From contig CAZRKW010000001.1 of the NCBI GenBank assembly GCA_964600355.1, positions 1,856-65,855 on the forward strand: a stretch of 64,000 nucleotides of DNA. Direction: 5' to 3'. Position 1 is the stretch's first letter, and each line of letters begins with the position of its first letter. Shown piece by piece: positions 1-8,239 of the stretch. Both the position numbers and the translations under genes were made by a program. This DNA comes from an uncultured Acidobacteriaceae bacterium (GTDB lineage Bacteria; Acidobacteriota; Terriglobia; Acidiferrales; UBA7541). Below the pieces are notes generated by a model that had not been told where the DNA came from, searched no databases, and saw only the letters and a program-made list of their open reading frames with translations.

Positions 1-2055
1 TTCCGCATCGGTCTGCTTCGCAACACCAACGTGATCGGCCAGCCCAAGGGCGGCCTCGGCGTCACCCTCGCGTCTCAGGGATTTCTTACCGGTGCGGGAA
101 CGCAGGGCATCGTCGTGCAGGCACCCCAGTTTGAGGGCGTCATGAACATCACCTTCCCGACTTTTGTGATGGGCGTGCCCATCACCAATGTAAGCCAGGA
201 GAACAACACGCTCTATCTGGGCGACACTGTCACCAAAGTGGTGGGAGCGCACACCCTCAAGTTCGGCGCGCAGTTCCATTACGACCAGGTAAACGAGCAC
301 CCGAACGCCACCTTCAACGGCACTTTTAACATCAGCGGCAGCGAAACCGGCGTCGCTTTTGCGGACTTCCTCATCGGCGTCCCCAGCAACTTCACGCAGT
401 CATCGGGCGAGCCGTTCTACATGCGCAACCGCTACGAAGGGCTCTTCGGCCAGGACAGCTGGCATGCCAGAAGCGACCTGACTTTTAATTTCGGCCTGCG
501 CTGGGACTTCATCTTGCCGTGGTTGGAAAAGTACAATCAGCTGCAGACGATCATACCGGGCCGCCAGTCGGTTCTCTATCCCGGGGCGCCCGGCGGACTC
601 GTCGTCCCCGGCGATCCGGGAATTCCGCCCACGATCTCGCCGGCCAAACTCGTCAACCCGGCTCCGCGGATCGGGCTTGCCTATTCGCCGAATTACGATC
701 ATGGAATGCTGAAGAAAATCTTTGGCGGCACCGGCCAGAGCAGCATTCGCGCCAGCTACGGGCTCTTCTATACGGAATTTCCGGGAATCAGCGCCGGCAT
801 CATGTACGCGGTCCCTCCCTTTGGATACAACTACCTGAGTCCCGTGGAGCCGCTGCTGGCCACTCCCTTCACCAACGCGGGAGACGGCACCAAGAACATC
901 AATCCCTACCCGCTCACCTTCCCGCCTCACAACGTGTCGGCGACAAATCCGAACAAGACCTTCAATTTTGCAAACGTAATTCCCATCAGCGCGGACCCCT
1001 TTTGGTACTACCGAAACTCGGTTCCTTACACGGAAGATTACATGCTGTCTATCCAGCGGCAGATCACGCCGAGCCTGTTGTGGACGGCGAGCTACGTCGG
1101 GAACCAGGGGCACCACCTGATCGCGGTGGTCTCAGCGAACCCCGGCAATCAGGCACTCTGCCTCAGCCTGAGCCAGGCCGCCAATGTGGCGCCCGGCACT
1201 CAGACCTGCGGTCCGTTCGGGGAAGACGGCACCTATACCACCGCCTCCGGAAAAGTGATTCAGGGCACACGCACGGGATTGGGATCGAATTACGGCGAGG
1301 ACACGGCTCAGAAAACGATTGCCAATTCCAATTACAATGCGCTGGAAACCAACCTCCGCTACGTCGGCAAGAACTCGAATTTCCTGCTCGGCTACACCTA
1401 CAGCAAGTCCATCGACCAGGGCTCGAATATCGGAGAGCAGCTCGACCCGCTGAATCTCGGTTTCACCCGTGCGATTTCCGCCTTCGATCTGCGGCACAAC
1501 TTCGTAGCCAGTTACCGCTACGCGCTGCCTTTTGACCGCATCTTCCACCGCTCGGATCGGCTGACGCAAGGCTGGTCCATTTCCGGCACTACGCGCTTCT
1601 CGACGGGCTTTCCCGTCACGCTCTTTGACGATTCCGACAATTCGCTCCTGGGAACTCTGGGCAACGGCGTAAACAATTACCTGCTCGACACGCCGAATTA
1701 CAACGGCAACCCGCTGAACATCAACACGAATCCCAGAAACGGCCGCCCCGCGTTCAACACGTCGGCGTTCAGCCCCGAAGCGCTTGGACAGCTGGGCAAC
1801 GCGCGTCGCCGGTTTTTCTACGGCCCCGGAATCGACAACTACGACATGACTCTCGCGAAATCGCTGCGGATATCGGAATCCAAGTCGCTCGAAATGCGTG
1901 TCGAGGGCTTTAACGTTTTCAATCACGCCCAGTTCTACGCGTCGTCCACCGGCGTATCCGCTGTGGACGGCGAAATCAACGATCCGAATTTCGGTAAAAT
2001 CGTGAACGCAGCGGCCCCCCGCCTGATCCAGCTCGCCGCCAAATTCTCTTTCTAA
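1..2055 (+). CDS. TonB-dependent outer-membrane receptor, C-terminal beta-barrel part (5-prime end lies outside the window)
   Basis: Frame 1 is open from base 1 (same frame as track ORF 31..2055). Gly/Asn/Tyr/Phe-rich alternating beta-strand composition with motifs such as FGLRWDF and EGFNVFNHAQF. The protein ends ...LAAKFSF, with a terminal Phe as expected for the closing strand of an outer-membrane barrel. Confidence 0.8.
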   Translation, partial: FRIGLLRNTNVIGQPKGGLGVTLASQGFLTGAGTQGIVVQAPQFEGVMNITFPTFVMGVPITNVSQENNTLYLGDTVTKVVGAHTLKFGAQFHYDQVNEHPNATFNGTFNISGSETGVAFADFLIGVPSNFTQSSGEPFYMRNRYEGLFGQDSWHARSDLTFNFGLRWDFILPWLEKYNQLQTIIPGRQSVLYPGAPGGLVVPGDPGIPPTISPAKLVNPAPRIGLAYSPNYDHGMLKKIFGGTGQSSIRASYGLFYTEFPGISAGIMYAVPPFGYNYLSPVEPLLATPFTNAGDGTKNINPYPLTFPPHNVSATNPNKTFNFANVIPISADPFWYYRNSVPYTEDYMLSIQRQITPSLLWTASYVGNQGHHLIAVVSANPGNQALCLSLSQAANVAPGTQTCGPFGEDGTYTTASGKVIQGTRTGLGSNYGEDTAQKTIANSNYNALETNLRYVGKNSNFLLGYTYSKSIDQGSNIGEQLDPLNLGFTRAISAFDLRHNFVASYRYALPFDRIFHRSDRLTQGWSISGTTRFSTGFPVTLFDDSDNSLLGTLGNGVNNYLLDTPNYNGNPLNINTNPRNGRPAFNTSAFSPEALGQLGNARRRFFYGPGIDNYDMTLAKSLRISESKSLEMRVEGFNVFNHAQFYASSTGVSAVDGEINDPNFGKIVNAAAPRLIQLAAKFSF

Positions 2056-2129
2056 AATTTCGCTGGCTGAATTAACCCACGCTTCTCCGGGAGTTTGATA
2101 TCCTTCCCGGGAAGCGCTTCCCGACGAAA

Positions 2130-2834
2130 ATGTCCACGACACTGCTTCCTCCGCCTGTTGCTCCGCAGCCCAAAAGACAAAAGTCGCTCTCCGATCGCAA
2201 GGGAAACGGATCGGGCGGCGGAAATGCCGGCTACCCTGGCGATCCCCGGCGTGACAATCCGGAGCCGGACCCCGAGCGATGGGCCACTCCGCTGGGGGCT
2301 TACCGGACGGCCAGTTGGTTTGCCGTGTTTTCCATCATGTCGGTGTTTGCGACCCTCACCCACGTCCTCGAATCGCGCTGGGTGCATTCGAAGGATTGGG
2401 TCTCGGTGGCGCTTCCTCATATTCTCTACGTCAACACAGCCGTGCTGCTGGTCAGCAGCCTGACCATCGAGCTTGCGCGCGTGGCGGCAGCCCGGCAGAA
2501 CGCGGCCCGCTGCGTCCGCTGGCTGCTCGCGACTCTCCTGCTCGGCTTCGCGTTCGTGGCAGGCCAACTCGTGGCATGGCGGGAACTCGTTTCGCGGGGA
2601 CTCTACGTCGCGTCCAACCCGGGCAGCTTCTTCTTTTATTTCCTCACCGCGACGCACGGGCTGCACTTGCTCGTGGGGATTCTGGCGCTGGCGGGAGTCG
2701 TGCTGTTCGCGGCGCGGCTGGCTCGCAAGAACCGCCAGGAAACGGCGGTCGGCGCGCTGTCCATCTACTGGCACTTCATGGACGGTCTCTGGCTCTACCT
2801 GTTCGTCCTCCTGTTTGCAACCATCCAGCGTTAG
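2130..2834 (+). CDS. Cytochrome c oxidase subunit III family membrane protein (stand-alone)
   Basis: 234 aa with multiple hydrophobic helices. C-terminal YWHFMDGLWLYLFVLLF matches the conserved YWHFVD..W motif of heme-copper oxidase subunit III. No subunit I or II gene is adjacent. Confidence 0.7.
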   Translation: MSTTLLPPPVAPQPKRQKSLSDRKGNGSGGGNAGYPGDPRRDNPEPDPERWATPLGAYRTASWFAVFSIMSVFATLTHVLESRWVHSKDWVSVALPHILYVNTAVLLVSSLTIELARVAAARQNAARCVRWLLATLLLGFAFVAGQLVAWRELVSRGLYVASNPGSFFFYFLTATHGLHLLVGILALAGVVLFAARLARKNRQETAVGALSIYWHFMDGLWLYLFVLLFATIQR

Positions 2835-2841
2835 CGGAACG

Positions 2842-4335
2842 CTAGTGTCGCGCGCGGCGCTGAACCTTCACAGTGGACATCGGTTCCTGCAGCCAGCGTA
2901 GCAGCGAGTCCACATTTCTTTCCCACTGCACCGAAGCGAGATAGTCCCGCGCGTCGCCTGCCCAGCGAGATAGCGACCGGCGGGAGAACTGCCAGCGCGA
3001 CGATGACCAGCGGGACAATGCCTCCGTAATTTCCTGCAGGCGCGCCGAAGCTTGTCGCAGCGCGCCGCCAAAGAATTCCCGCAAATCCGCCAAATCGACG
3101 TACTCTTTTCCCCGCGTTCTCGCGCGGGACGCTGGGGCAGCCCGCCGTCGCTGCGTCTCCGAGCCGGACTCGCGCTTGTGTCCGCCACTTTCCGCATGCG
3201 CACTCCCGGCTTCCGTTTTCCAGTTATCGCGAGATATCTCCGTGACATTCGAAGCCCTGGATGGGGAACTGACGATTCGCAACCCCTGCCGTGAATCGTT
3301 GTGCTGCGCTGCGATCGCCTCTGAGAGCCAGACCGGTTCCGCTTCGTTCGCGATGTCCGCGAGAAGGGCCTCCTCAGTTGTGCAGGAAATGGAAGTCGCC
3401 GCCGCGGACTGGCTCGTCAGAGTAAGAACAGGAAGTGCTGAATCCGCCTCGATCAGCGTTTCACGAGAAATCTCGCTCGCCATGAAGGGAGCAGCCATCG
3501 TCTGCGCTGGTCTGCCCTCATCCAGTTGAAGCTGCCGCGCCACGTTTTCGATCACTCTGGCCCCCACAGGCCGAGTCTGCTCGAGGTACGCCTGAATGAG
3601 CGCATGCTCACACAGCATGTTCATCACCCGCGGGATTCCACGGGAGTACCGGTGCACCGCGTCGGCCGCCTCGGGCAGAAAAATCGTCGCCGGCGGCGCC
3701 CCGGCAAAGTCAAGGCGCTTCTGGATGTAGCCATGCGTTTCTTCCCCGCTAAGCGCCGTCATCCTGCAGCGCACGCTGATCCGCTGCCGCATCTGGCGAA
3801 GCTCCAACCGGTTCAGAACCGTCTCCAGCTCCGGCTGGCCGCACAAAAGAATTTGCAGCAGCTTTTCGTGGGGCGTCTCCTGGTTCAGCAGCATCCGGAT
3901 TTCTTCCAGGACGTGAACCGGCAGGCCCTGTGCCTCATCGATGATCAAAACTGCATTCTTCCCGCCGCGATAGCGCTCCAGCAGCCATTGATTCAGCCGC
4001 AGAAGCGCACTCCCGTGCGCGCCAGGAATGGCAAAGCTCGCCAGCATCAAATCGAACAGCTCGCTTACCTGCAGCCGCGGGTTGAAAATAAAGGCGGAGG
4101 GCGTTCCCTGCCTCTGCAGCCACTCGATGAGGTAGTTCACCAGCGTCGTCTTGCCGGTGCCTACGTCTCCTGTGAGCACCATCAGCCCTTTGCGGGCTTG
4201 GATGGCACCCTTCAGATCGACCAGCGCATTCTGGGTTCGTTGGTTCAGGAACAGATAGCTGGGGTCCGGATTCACATTGAAAGGATTTTCACGAAGCCCG
4301 AAAAACCGGTAGAACGCGAGGTATGTTTGATCCAT
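2842..4335 (-). CDS. ExeA-like AAA+ ATPase (GspA / PEP-CTERM-associated ATPase type) with a long non-conserved C-terminal region
   Basis: N-terminus FGLRENPF...DPSYLF, Walker A GDVGTGKTT, Walker B VLIIDEAQ and the GQPEL motif are the typical ExeA-family layout. The last ~230 aa are low-complexity, Ser/Ala/Arg-rich. Confidence 0.75.
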   Translation of the reverse strand: MDQTYLAFYRFFGLRENPFNVNPDPSYLFLNQRTQNALVDLKGAIQARKGLMVLTGDVGTGKTTLVNYLIEWLQRQGTPSAFIFNPRLQVSELFDLMLASFAIPGAHGSALLRLNQWLLERYRGGKNAVLIIDEAQGLPVHVLEEIRMLLNQETPHEKLLQILLCGQPELETVLNRLELRQMRQRISVRCRMTALSGEETHGYIQKRLDFAGAPPATIFLPEAADAVHRYSRGIPRVMNMLCEHALIQAYLEQTRPVGARVIENVARQLQLDEGRPAQTMAAPFMASEISRETLIEADSALPVLTLTSQSAAATSISCTTEEALLADIANEAEPVWLSEAIAAQHNDSRQGLRIVSSPSRASNVTEISRDNWKTEAGSAHAESGGHKRESGSETQRRRAAPASRARTRGKEYVDLADLREFFGGALRQASARLQEITEALSRWSSSRWQFSRRSLSRWAGDARDYLASVQWERNVDSLLRWLQEPMSTVKVQRRARH

Positions 4336-4636
4336 AGGATTTCTGGCGCCCTCGGGAGGACCTGTCAGGATCCCGTGAGGGAGTTCCGATCATCCGCAAA
4401 AGACCTTATAAGGGGAATACAGGTTTCCCCCGGGATGAGGGAAAAATGTAAGCCAACCAGTACTAGTAGCTGTGGAAAACGCACGGACTTTCGCCTCCTC
4501 GCCGCATTCCCTTCAAAAAGATTCTATCTGTTGCATTTAGTCAGTTGGATAGCTATAACGGTGTGCGCCATTTCGTCGTGGATGGTTTCGGTCCAGGCTC
4601 CGGAATCCGATCGCCAATTGAGGACTCAACAAGAAA

Positions 4637-6247
4637 ATGTTCCAACAAATTCTTAATCCGACGGGAAATTTGTGGCTTACGGTTTTCGCTTCGCTGGTGC
4701 CTCTTCTCGCCCTCCTCTTCATGCTGGCGATCCTCCGCATGACGGCATGGCTCGCCACCATCTGCGCGGGCGTTATCACCATGCTGGTGGGAGCCCTGGT
4801 ATGGCACGCGCCGCTGGCGAGCATGCTCAAGTCATACACCCTAGGCGGTCTGACGGGCTTCTGGGTGATCGACTGGATCACTTTCTGGGGCTTGATGATC
4901 TTCAATACCATGGTGCTGACCGGCGTGTTTGAGCGCTTCAAGAACTGGATGGTGCACCACGCCACCGCCGATATCCGCATTCAAACGATCATGCTGGCCT
5001 GGGCTTTCGGAGCGCTGCTGGAAGGCGTCGTCGGATTCGGCTACCCGTGGGCCGTGGTTGTGCCCATCCTGGTGGGTCTGGGAATTGGCGATCTGGATGC
5101 GATCCGAGTAGCCGCGCTCGCCAACAACGCGCCGGTCTCCTACGGTGCTCTAGGGGCCCCCATCCTCGGCCTCGCCGCCGTCACCGGACTCCCGCTGATG
5201 GCATTGTCCGGCTCGATCGGGAACATCGTCGCGGTGCTGGCGCTGCTGCCTCCGTGGGTGCTGATTTATCTCGTCAGCGGATGGGAAGGCGTCTTCGAAG
5301 CGTGGCCTCTCGCGATTGTCGGCTCGCTCTCTTATATCGCCGGACAGTGGCCCGTCGCGCACTACCTGGGGCCGTATCTGCCTGACCTCTCCGGCGCGCT
5401 CGTCTCCTTCTGGATTCTCTTCGTCTTCGTGAAGATATGGCACCCCAAGACCATCCGCGGATTCGGCGGCGTGCCGCTTCCCCCGACCGCCGTTTCCGCC
5501 GCCGAGGTCGAGATGTTCACCTCTCCGCGCGAATCGTTCATCATCTGGTTCCCGTACCTGGTGCTGATCGCGGTAGTAGTCTCCTGGACCGGCCCGTGGT
5601 CGCATCTTCCCGCGATCAGCTGGTTCAAGGTCTCCATCGGGGCCATCTCCTCGATCACCCAGAAACCGGTGCTTTCGCTCTTCAATTTCACGCCTTTCGC
5701 CGGCGGAACCTCGACCCTCGTGTCTTTTATCGTGATCTTTACCCTCTTGCGGCCCAAGTCGGGCACGCTCGGCGCGGTTTTCGCCAAGACGTTCAAGCAG
5801 ATGTGGGGAGCGCTGCTGGTGGCATTTTTCACCTTTGCGCTCGCTTACATCTTCGTCTTCACGGGAATGGCCAACTCGCTCGCTTACGGGCTTTCGAAGA
5901 TCGGGAGCTTTTTCGTGATCCTCGCTCCGATTCTGGGCTGGATTGGCGTGGCCCTCTCCGGCAGCAATACCACCACCAACGCGATGTTCGGCCCTGTCCA
6001 GCTGATGACCGGAAGGCTTCTCGGATTGCCGCCGCTCCTGTTGCCCTCCTTTAACTCGGTAGGCGCGGAGGTTGGCAAACCCATCTCGCCTCAGACGGCC
6101 AGCGTCGGCGTATCCACCAGCAAGCTGGTGCGCGGCGAAGGTCAGGTGATCCGCCACAACATGGGCTGGACGCTCATCATGCTGGCCTATCTCATCCTGA
6201 TCGCGATCTTGTTCAACAAAGTGTTTCCGAACCTGATGCTGCACTAG
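4637..6247 (+). CDS. lctP: L-lactate/glycolate permease family transporter (LctP family)
   Basis: 536 aa polytopic membrane protein. The N-terminus (QQILNPTGNLWLTVFASLVPLL), the length and the overall helix pattern resemble LldP/GlcA-type lactate permeases. Confidence 0.75.
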   Translation: MFQQILNPTGNLWLTVFASLVPLLALLFMLAILRMTAWLATICAGVITMLVGALVWHAPLASMLKSYTLGGLTGFWVIDWITFWGLMIFNTMVLTGVFERFKNWMVHHATADIRIQTIMLAWAFGALLEGVVGFGYPWAVVVPILVGLGIGDLDAIRVAALANNAPVSYGALGAPILGLAAVTGLPLMALSGSIGNIVAVLALLPPWVLIYLVSGWEGVFEAWPLAIVGSLSYIAGQWPVAHYLGPYLPDLSGALVSFWILFVFVKIWHPKTIRGFGGVPLPPTAVSAAEVEMFTSPRESFIIWFPYLVLIAVVVSWTGPWSHLPAISWFKVSIGAISSITQKPVLSLFNFTPFAGGTSTLVSFIVIFTLLRPKSGTLGAVFAKTFKQMWGALLVAFFTFALAYIFVFTGMANSLAYGLSKIGSFFVILAPILGWIGVALSGSNTTTNAMFGPVQLMTGRLLGLPPLLLPSFNSVGAEVGKPISPQTASVGVSTSKLVRGEGQVIRHNMGWTLIMLAYLILIAILFNKVFPNLMLH

Positions 6248-6268
6248 TCTGGAGAGATCGATACAGCC

Positions 6269-6300
6269 CGGCGGCCGGCCATGAAACTCTCCGGCCGCCG
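6269..6300 (+). terminator. GC-rich hairpin downstream of the lactate permease gene (candidate intrinsic terminator)
   Basis: A 10-bp perfect stem, CGGCGGCCGG (6269-6278) pairing with CCGGCCGCCG (6291-6300), with a 12-nt loop. It starts 22 nt after the stop codon and is followed by the T-rich TTGAGTTGTGT. Confidence 0.55.
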
Positions 6301-6336
6301 TTGAGTTGTGTAAATTGCGGGTGATACACTTCTTCC

Positions 6337-6822
6337 ATGCCTAAAAAGAAAAAGTCGACCACGAAGAAAAAATCGGTAGCGAAATCGAAAAAGCCGGCAC
6401 TAAAGAAGAAAGCGGTCAAATCGAAGCCGGCTCCAAAGAAAGTGGCGAAGCCTAAGAAGTCCGCGCTGGCCAAAAAGCCCGTATCGAAGAAAGCTGCTCC
6501 GAAGAAAGCCGCTCCTAAGAAAACAGCAGCGCGGAAACCGCGCCGCGCTTCGAGCAGTCCCAATGAAGCGCTCCCGATGATCAAGGGTCCGGGCGCAGGC
6601 TCGGGCGGCCAGTCCGGCGATATCGAGGGACTCTCCGATGTCGAGAGCGCCGATTCCGAAAGTGTCGAAGAACTCGTCGAGGAAGGCCAGGACTACGAAG
6701 CCGAACTCGTAAGCGCGGTCGAAAACGCCGCCGACCCTGACCAAGGCGAACTCTCCACCGAGGTTCCGGAAGACGATCTCGATCCGGACGCCGGCAGCTT
6801 TTCGAAGCGGAACCGCCTGTAG
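6337..6822 (+). CDS. Charge-bipolar protein: lysine-rich histone H1/AlgP-like N-terminus plus a strongly acidic C-terminus
   Basis: Residues 1-70 are almost entirely K/A/P/S repeats (KKPALKKKAVKSKPAPKKVAKPKK...AAPKKAAPKK). Residues ~95-161 are Asp/Glu-rich (DVESADSESVEELVEEGQDYEAE...EDDLDPD). The reading frame keeps high third-position GC. Confidence 0.6.
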   Translation: MPKKKKSTTKKKSVAKSKKPALKKKAVKSKPAPKKVAKPKKSALAKKPVSKKAAPKKAAPKKTAARKPRRASSSPNEALPMIKGPGAGSGGQSGDIEGLSDVESADSESVEELVEEGQDYEAELVSAVENAADPDQGELSTEVPEDDLDPDAGSFSKRNRL

Positions 6823-6938
6823 GTCGTCCGATTCCACGCACCCGATCCCGTGTCCGGTTCGTCGCTGGCGCAGGCCACCCATCCTTGTTCTATCGAATCC
6901 CAATACGGTAAGGTTGTGTCTGCCATCCGGGCCGGTGC

Positions 6939-8156
6939 ATGAACTGGAGCGAAACTTCTAACCTGGCGATCGAAGCCCTGCGCGCCAATAAGCTGCGCGC
7001 GACGCTCACCATGCTCGGCGTAATTATTGGCAGCGCGTGCATCGTGCTGGTGGTCACCGTGGCGCTGGCCGGAAAGCGTTACATCGGCGACCAGATCGAG
7101 GCGGTCGGCTCCAACATCGTTTACGCCTGGCTCGAGCAGTCCAACACTTCTCAAAACGTCAGTCTCGCCGACCAGATCTCCGTCGGCGATCTCAACGCCA
7201 TCGAGCAAGGGGTTCCGCAAGTCACCCACGTTTCCGGCACCAACGACATTCCTATGACCGTCGTCGCCGCCCGAAAAGTCTGGCCCGTGAAGCTCATCGG
7301 CGTCACCCAGGGCTTTCAGCAGATTCGCAAACTGGTGATCTTGCGCGGGCGCTATTTCGACGATGCGGATTTCTCCACCGTCAGCAAGGTTTGCGTCGTC
7401 TCCGAGCACCTCGCGCAAATCGCTCTCCCCACCGATAACCCTGTCGGCCAGGAAATCCATGTGGGCGAGCTGAGTTTCACCGTGATTGGCACCTTCCGCG
7501 AACGCGTCGGCACCTTCGGTCAATCGGAAATCCGCGACGATTCCGTACTCGTCCCCTTCCCCTTGATCAAATACTACGCAGGCGACAACTACATCGTCAC
7601 CCTGTACGCGCAAGCGGATCGTCCCGAGGACGTTCCCGAGGTCACCCAGGACGTCACGCGCATCCTGCAGAGCCGCCATCGTCCGGAGGCGAATTACAAC
7701 GTTCAGAACCTCACGTCCATTCTCCAGACCGCCCGCAGCATCTCCGTCGCATTGACCGTGGTGCTCCTCCTGATCGCCATGCTGGCCCTCGTGATCAGCG
7801 GAATCGGCATCATGAATATCATGCTGGTGACGGTGACCGAGAGAACGCGCGAGATCGGAATTCGCAAGGCAATCGGCGCGCAGCGGAAGGAAATTCTGTA
7901 CCAGTTTCTGATCGAGGCGGTCCTGATCAGCGGCGTCGGAGCGTTGATCGGCATCGCCATTGCCGTGGCCATCCCGTTTGCGATCGAAGCGCTCGTGCAG
8001 TTCCTGCCTGTGCCCGGAGGTATCGTCATCCCGATTTCGTGGCTTTCGGTGGCGGCGGCCTTTATAGTATCCTGCGCCACAGGCGTACTTTTTGGATACC
8101 TTCCGGCGAAGAAGGCCGCCAGCCTTCAGCCTGTTGAATCTTTGCGTTACGAGTAG
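6939..8156 (+). CDS. ABC transporter permease, MacB/FtsX family (MacB-type periplasmic domain plus FtsX 4-TM)
   Basis: The N-terminus AIEALRANKLRATLTMLGVIIGSACIV is the canonical MacB-like first TM. The C-terminal FtsX region carries ERTREIGIRKAIGA. No cognate ATPase gene is adjacent. Confidence 0.85.
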   Translation: MNWSETSNLAIEALRANKLRATLTMLGVIIGSACIVLVVTVALAGKRYIGDQIEAVGSNIVYAWLEQSNTSQNVSLADQISVGDLNAIEQGVPQVTHVSGTNDIPMTVVAARKVWPVKLIGVTQGFQQIRKLVILRGRYFDDADFSTVSKVCVVSEHLAQIALPTDNPVGQEIHVGELSFTVIGTFRERVGTFGQSEIRDDSVLVPFPLIKYYAGDNYIVTLYAQADRPEDVPEVTQDVTRILQSRHRPEANYNVQNLTSILQTARSISVALTVVLLLIAMLALVISGIGIMNIMLVTVTERTREIGIRKAIGAQRKEILYQFLIEAVLISGVGALIGIAIAVAIPFAIEALVQFLPVPGGIVIPISWLSVAAAFIVSCATGVLFGYLPAKKAASLQPVESLRYE

Positions 8157-8239
8157 CACAAGCCCTTCCTGATGGTGTAATTCGCAGGCGTCCCGGAAGG
8201 CGTTCGCAGCCGCGGTCTCAGCGTAAGGGGTTACCGAAA

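Noticed and set aside
3526-6244. Long ORFs 3526..4656 (+) and 5150..6244 (-)
   Set aside because: Antisense to the ExeA-like ATPase and the lactate permease respectively. Both are Arg/Pro/His-rich with no motifs, whereas the sense genes have Walker motifs or a polytopic membrane pattern.
6693-8159. 488-aa minus-strand ORF
   Set aside because: Antisense to the MacB/FtsX permease gene, which has clear motifs. The composition is Asp/Arg/Gly/His-rich and not protein-like.
8185-8211. CAGGCGTCCCGGAAGGCGTTCGCAGCC, superficially like the SRP RNA domain IV motif (GGTCCGGAAGGAAGCAGCC)
   Set aside because: The bases around GGAA do not form the required closing helix (C-C clash). The region contains direct repeats (TTCGCAG x2) rather than inverted ones, and the whole intergenic space is only 83 nt. 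A possible CCCTT/AAGGG pairing that would occlude the asnB ribosome-binding site is too weak to report.
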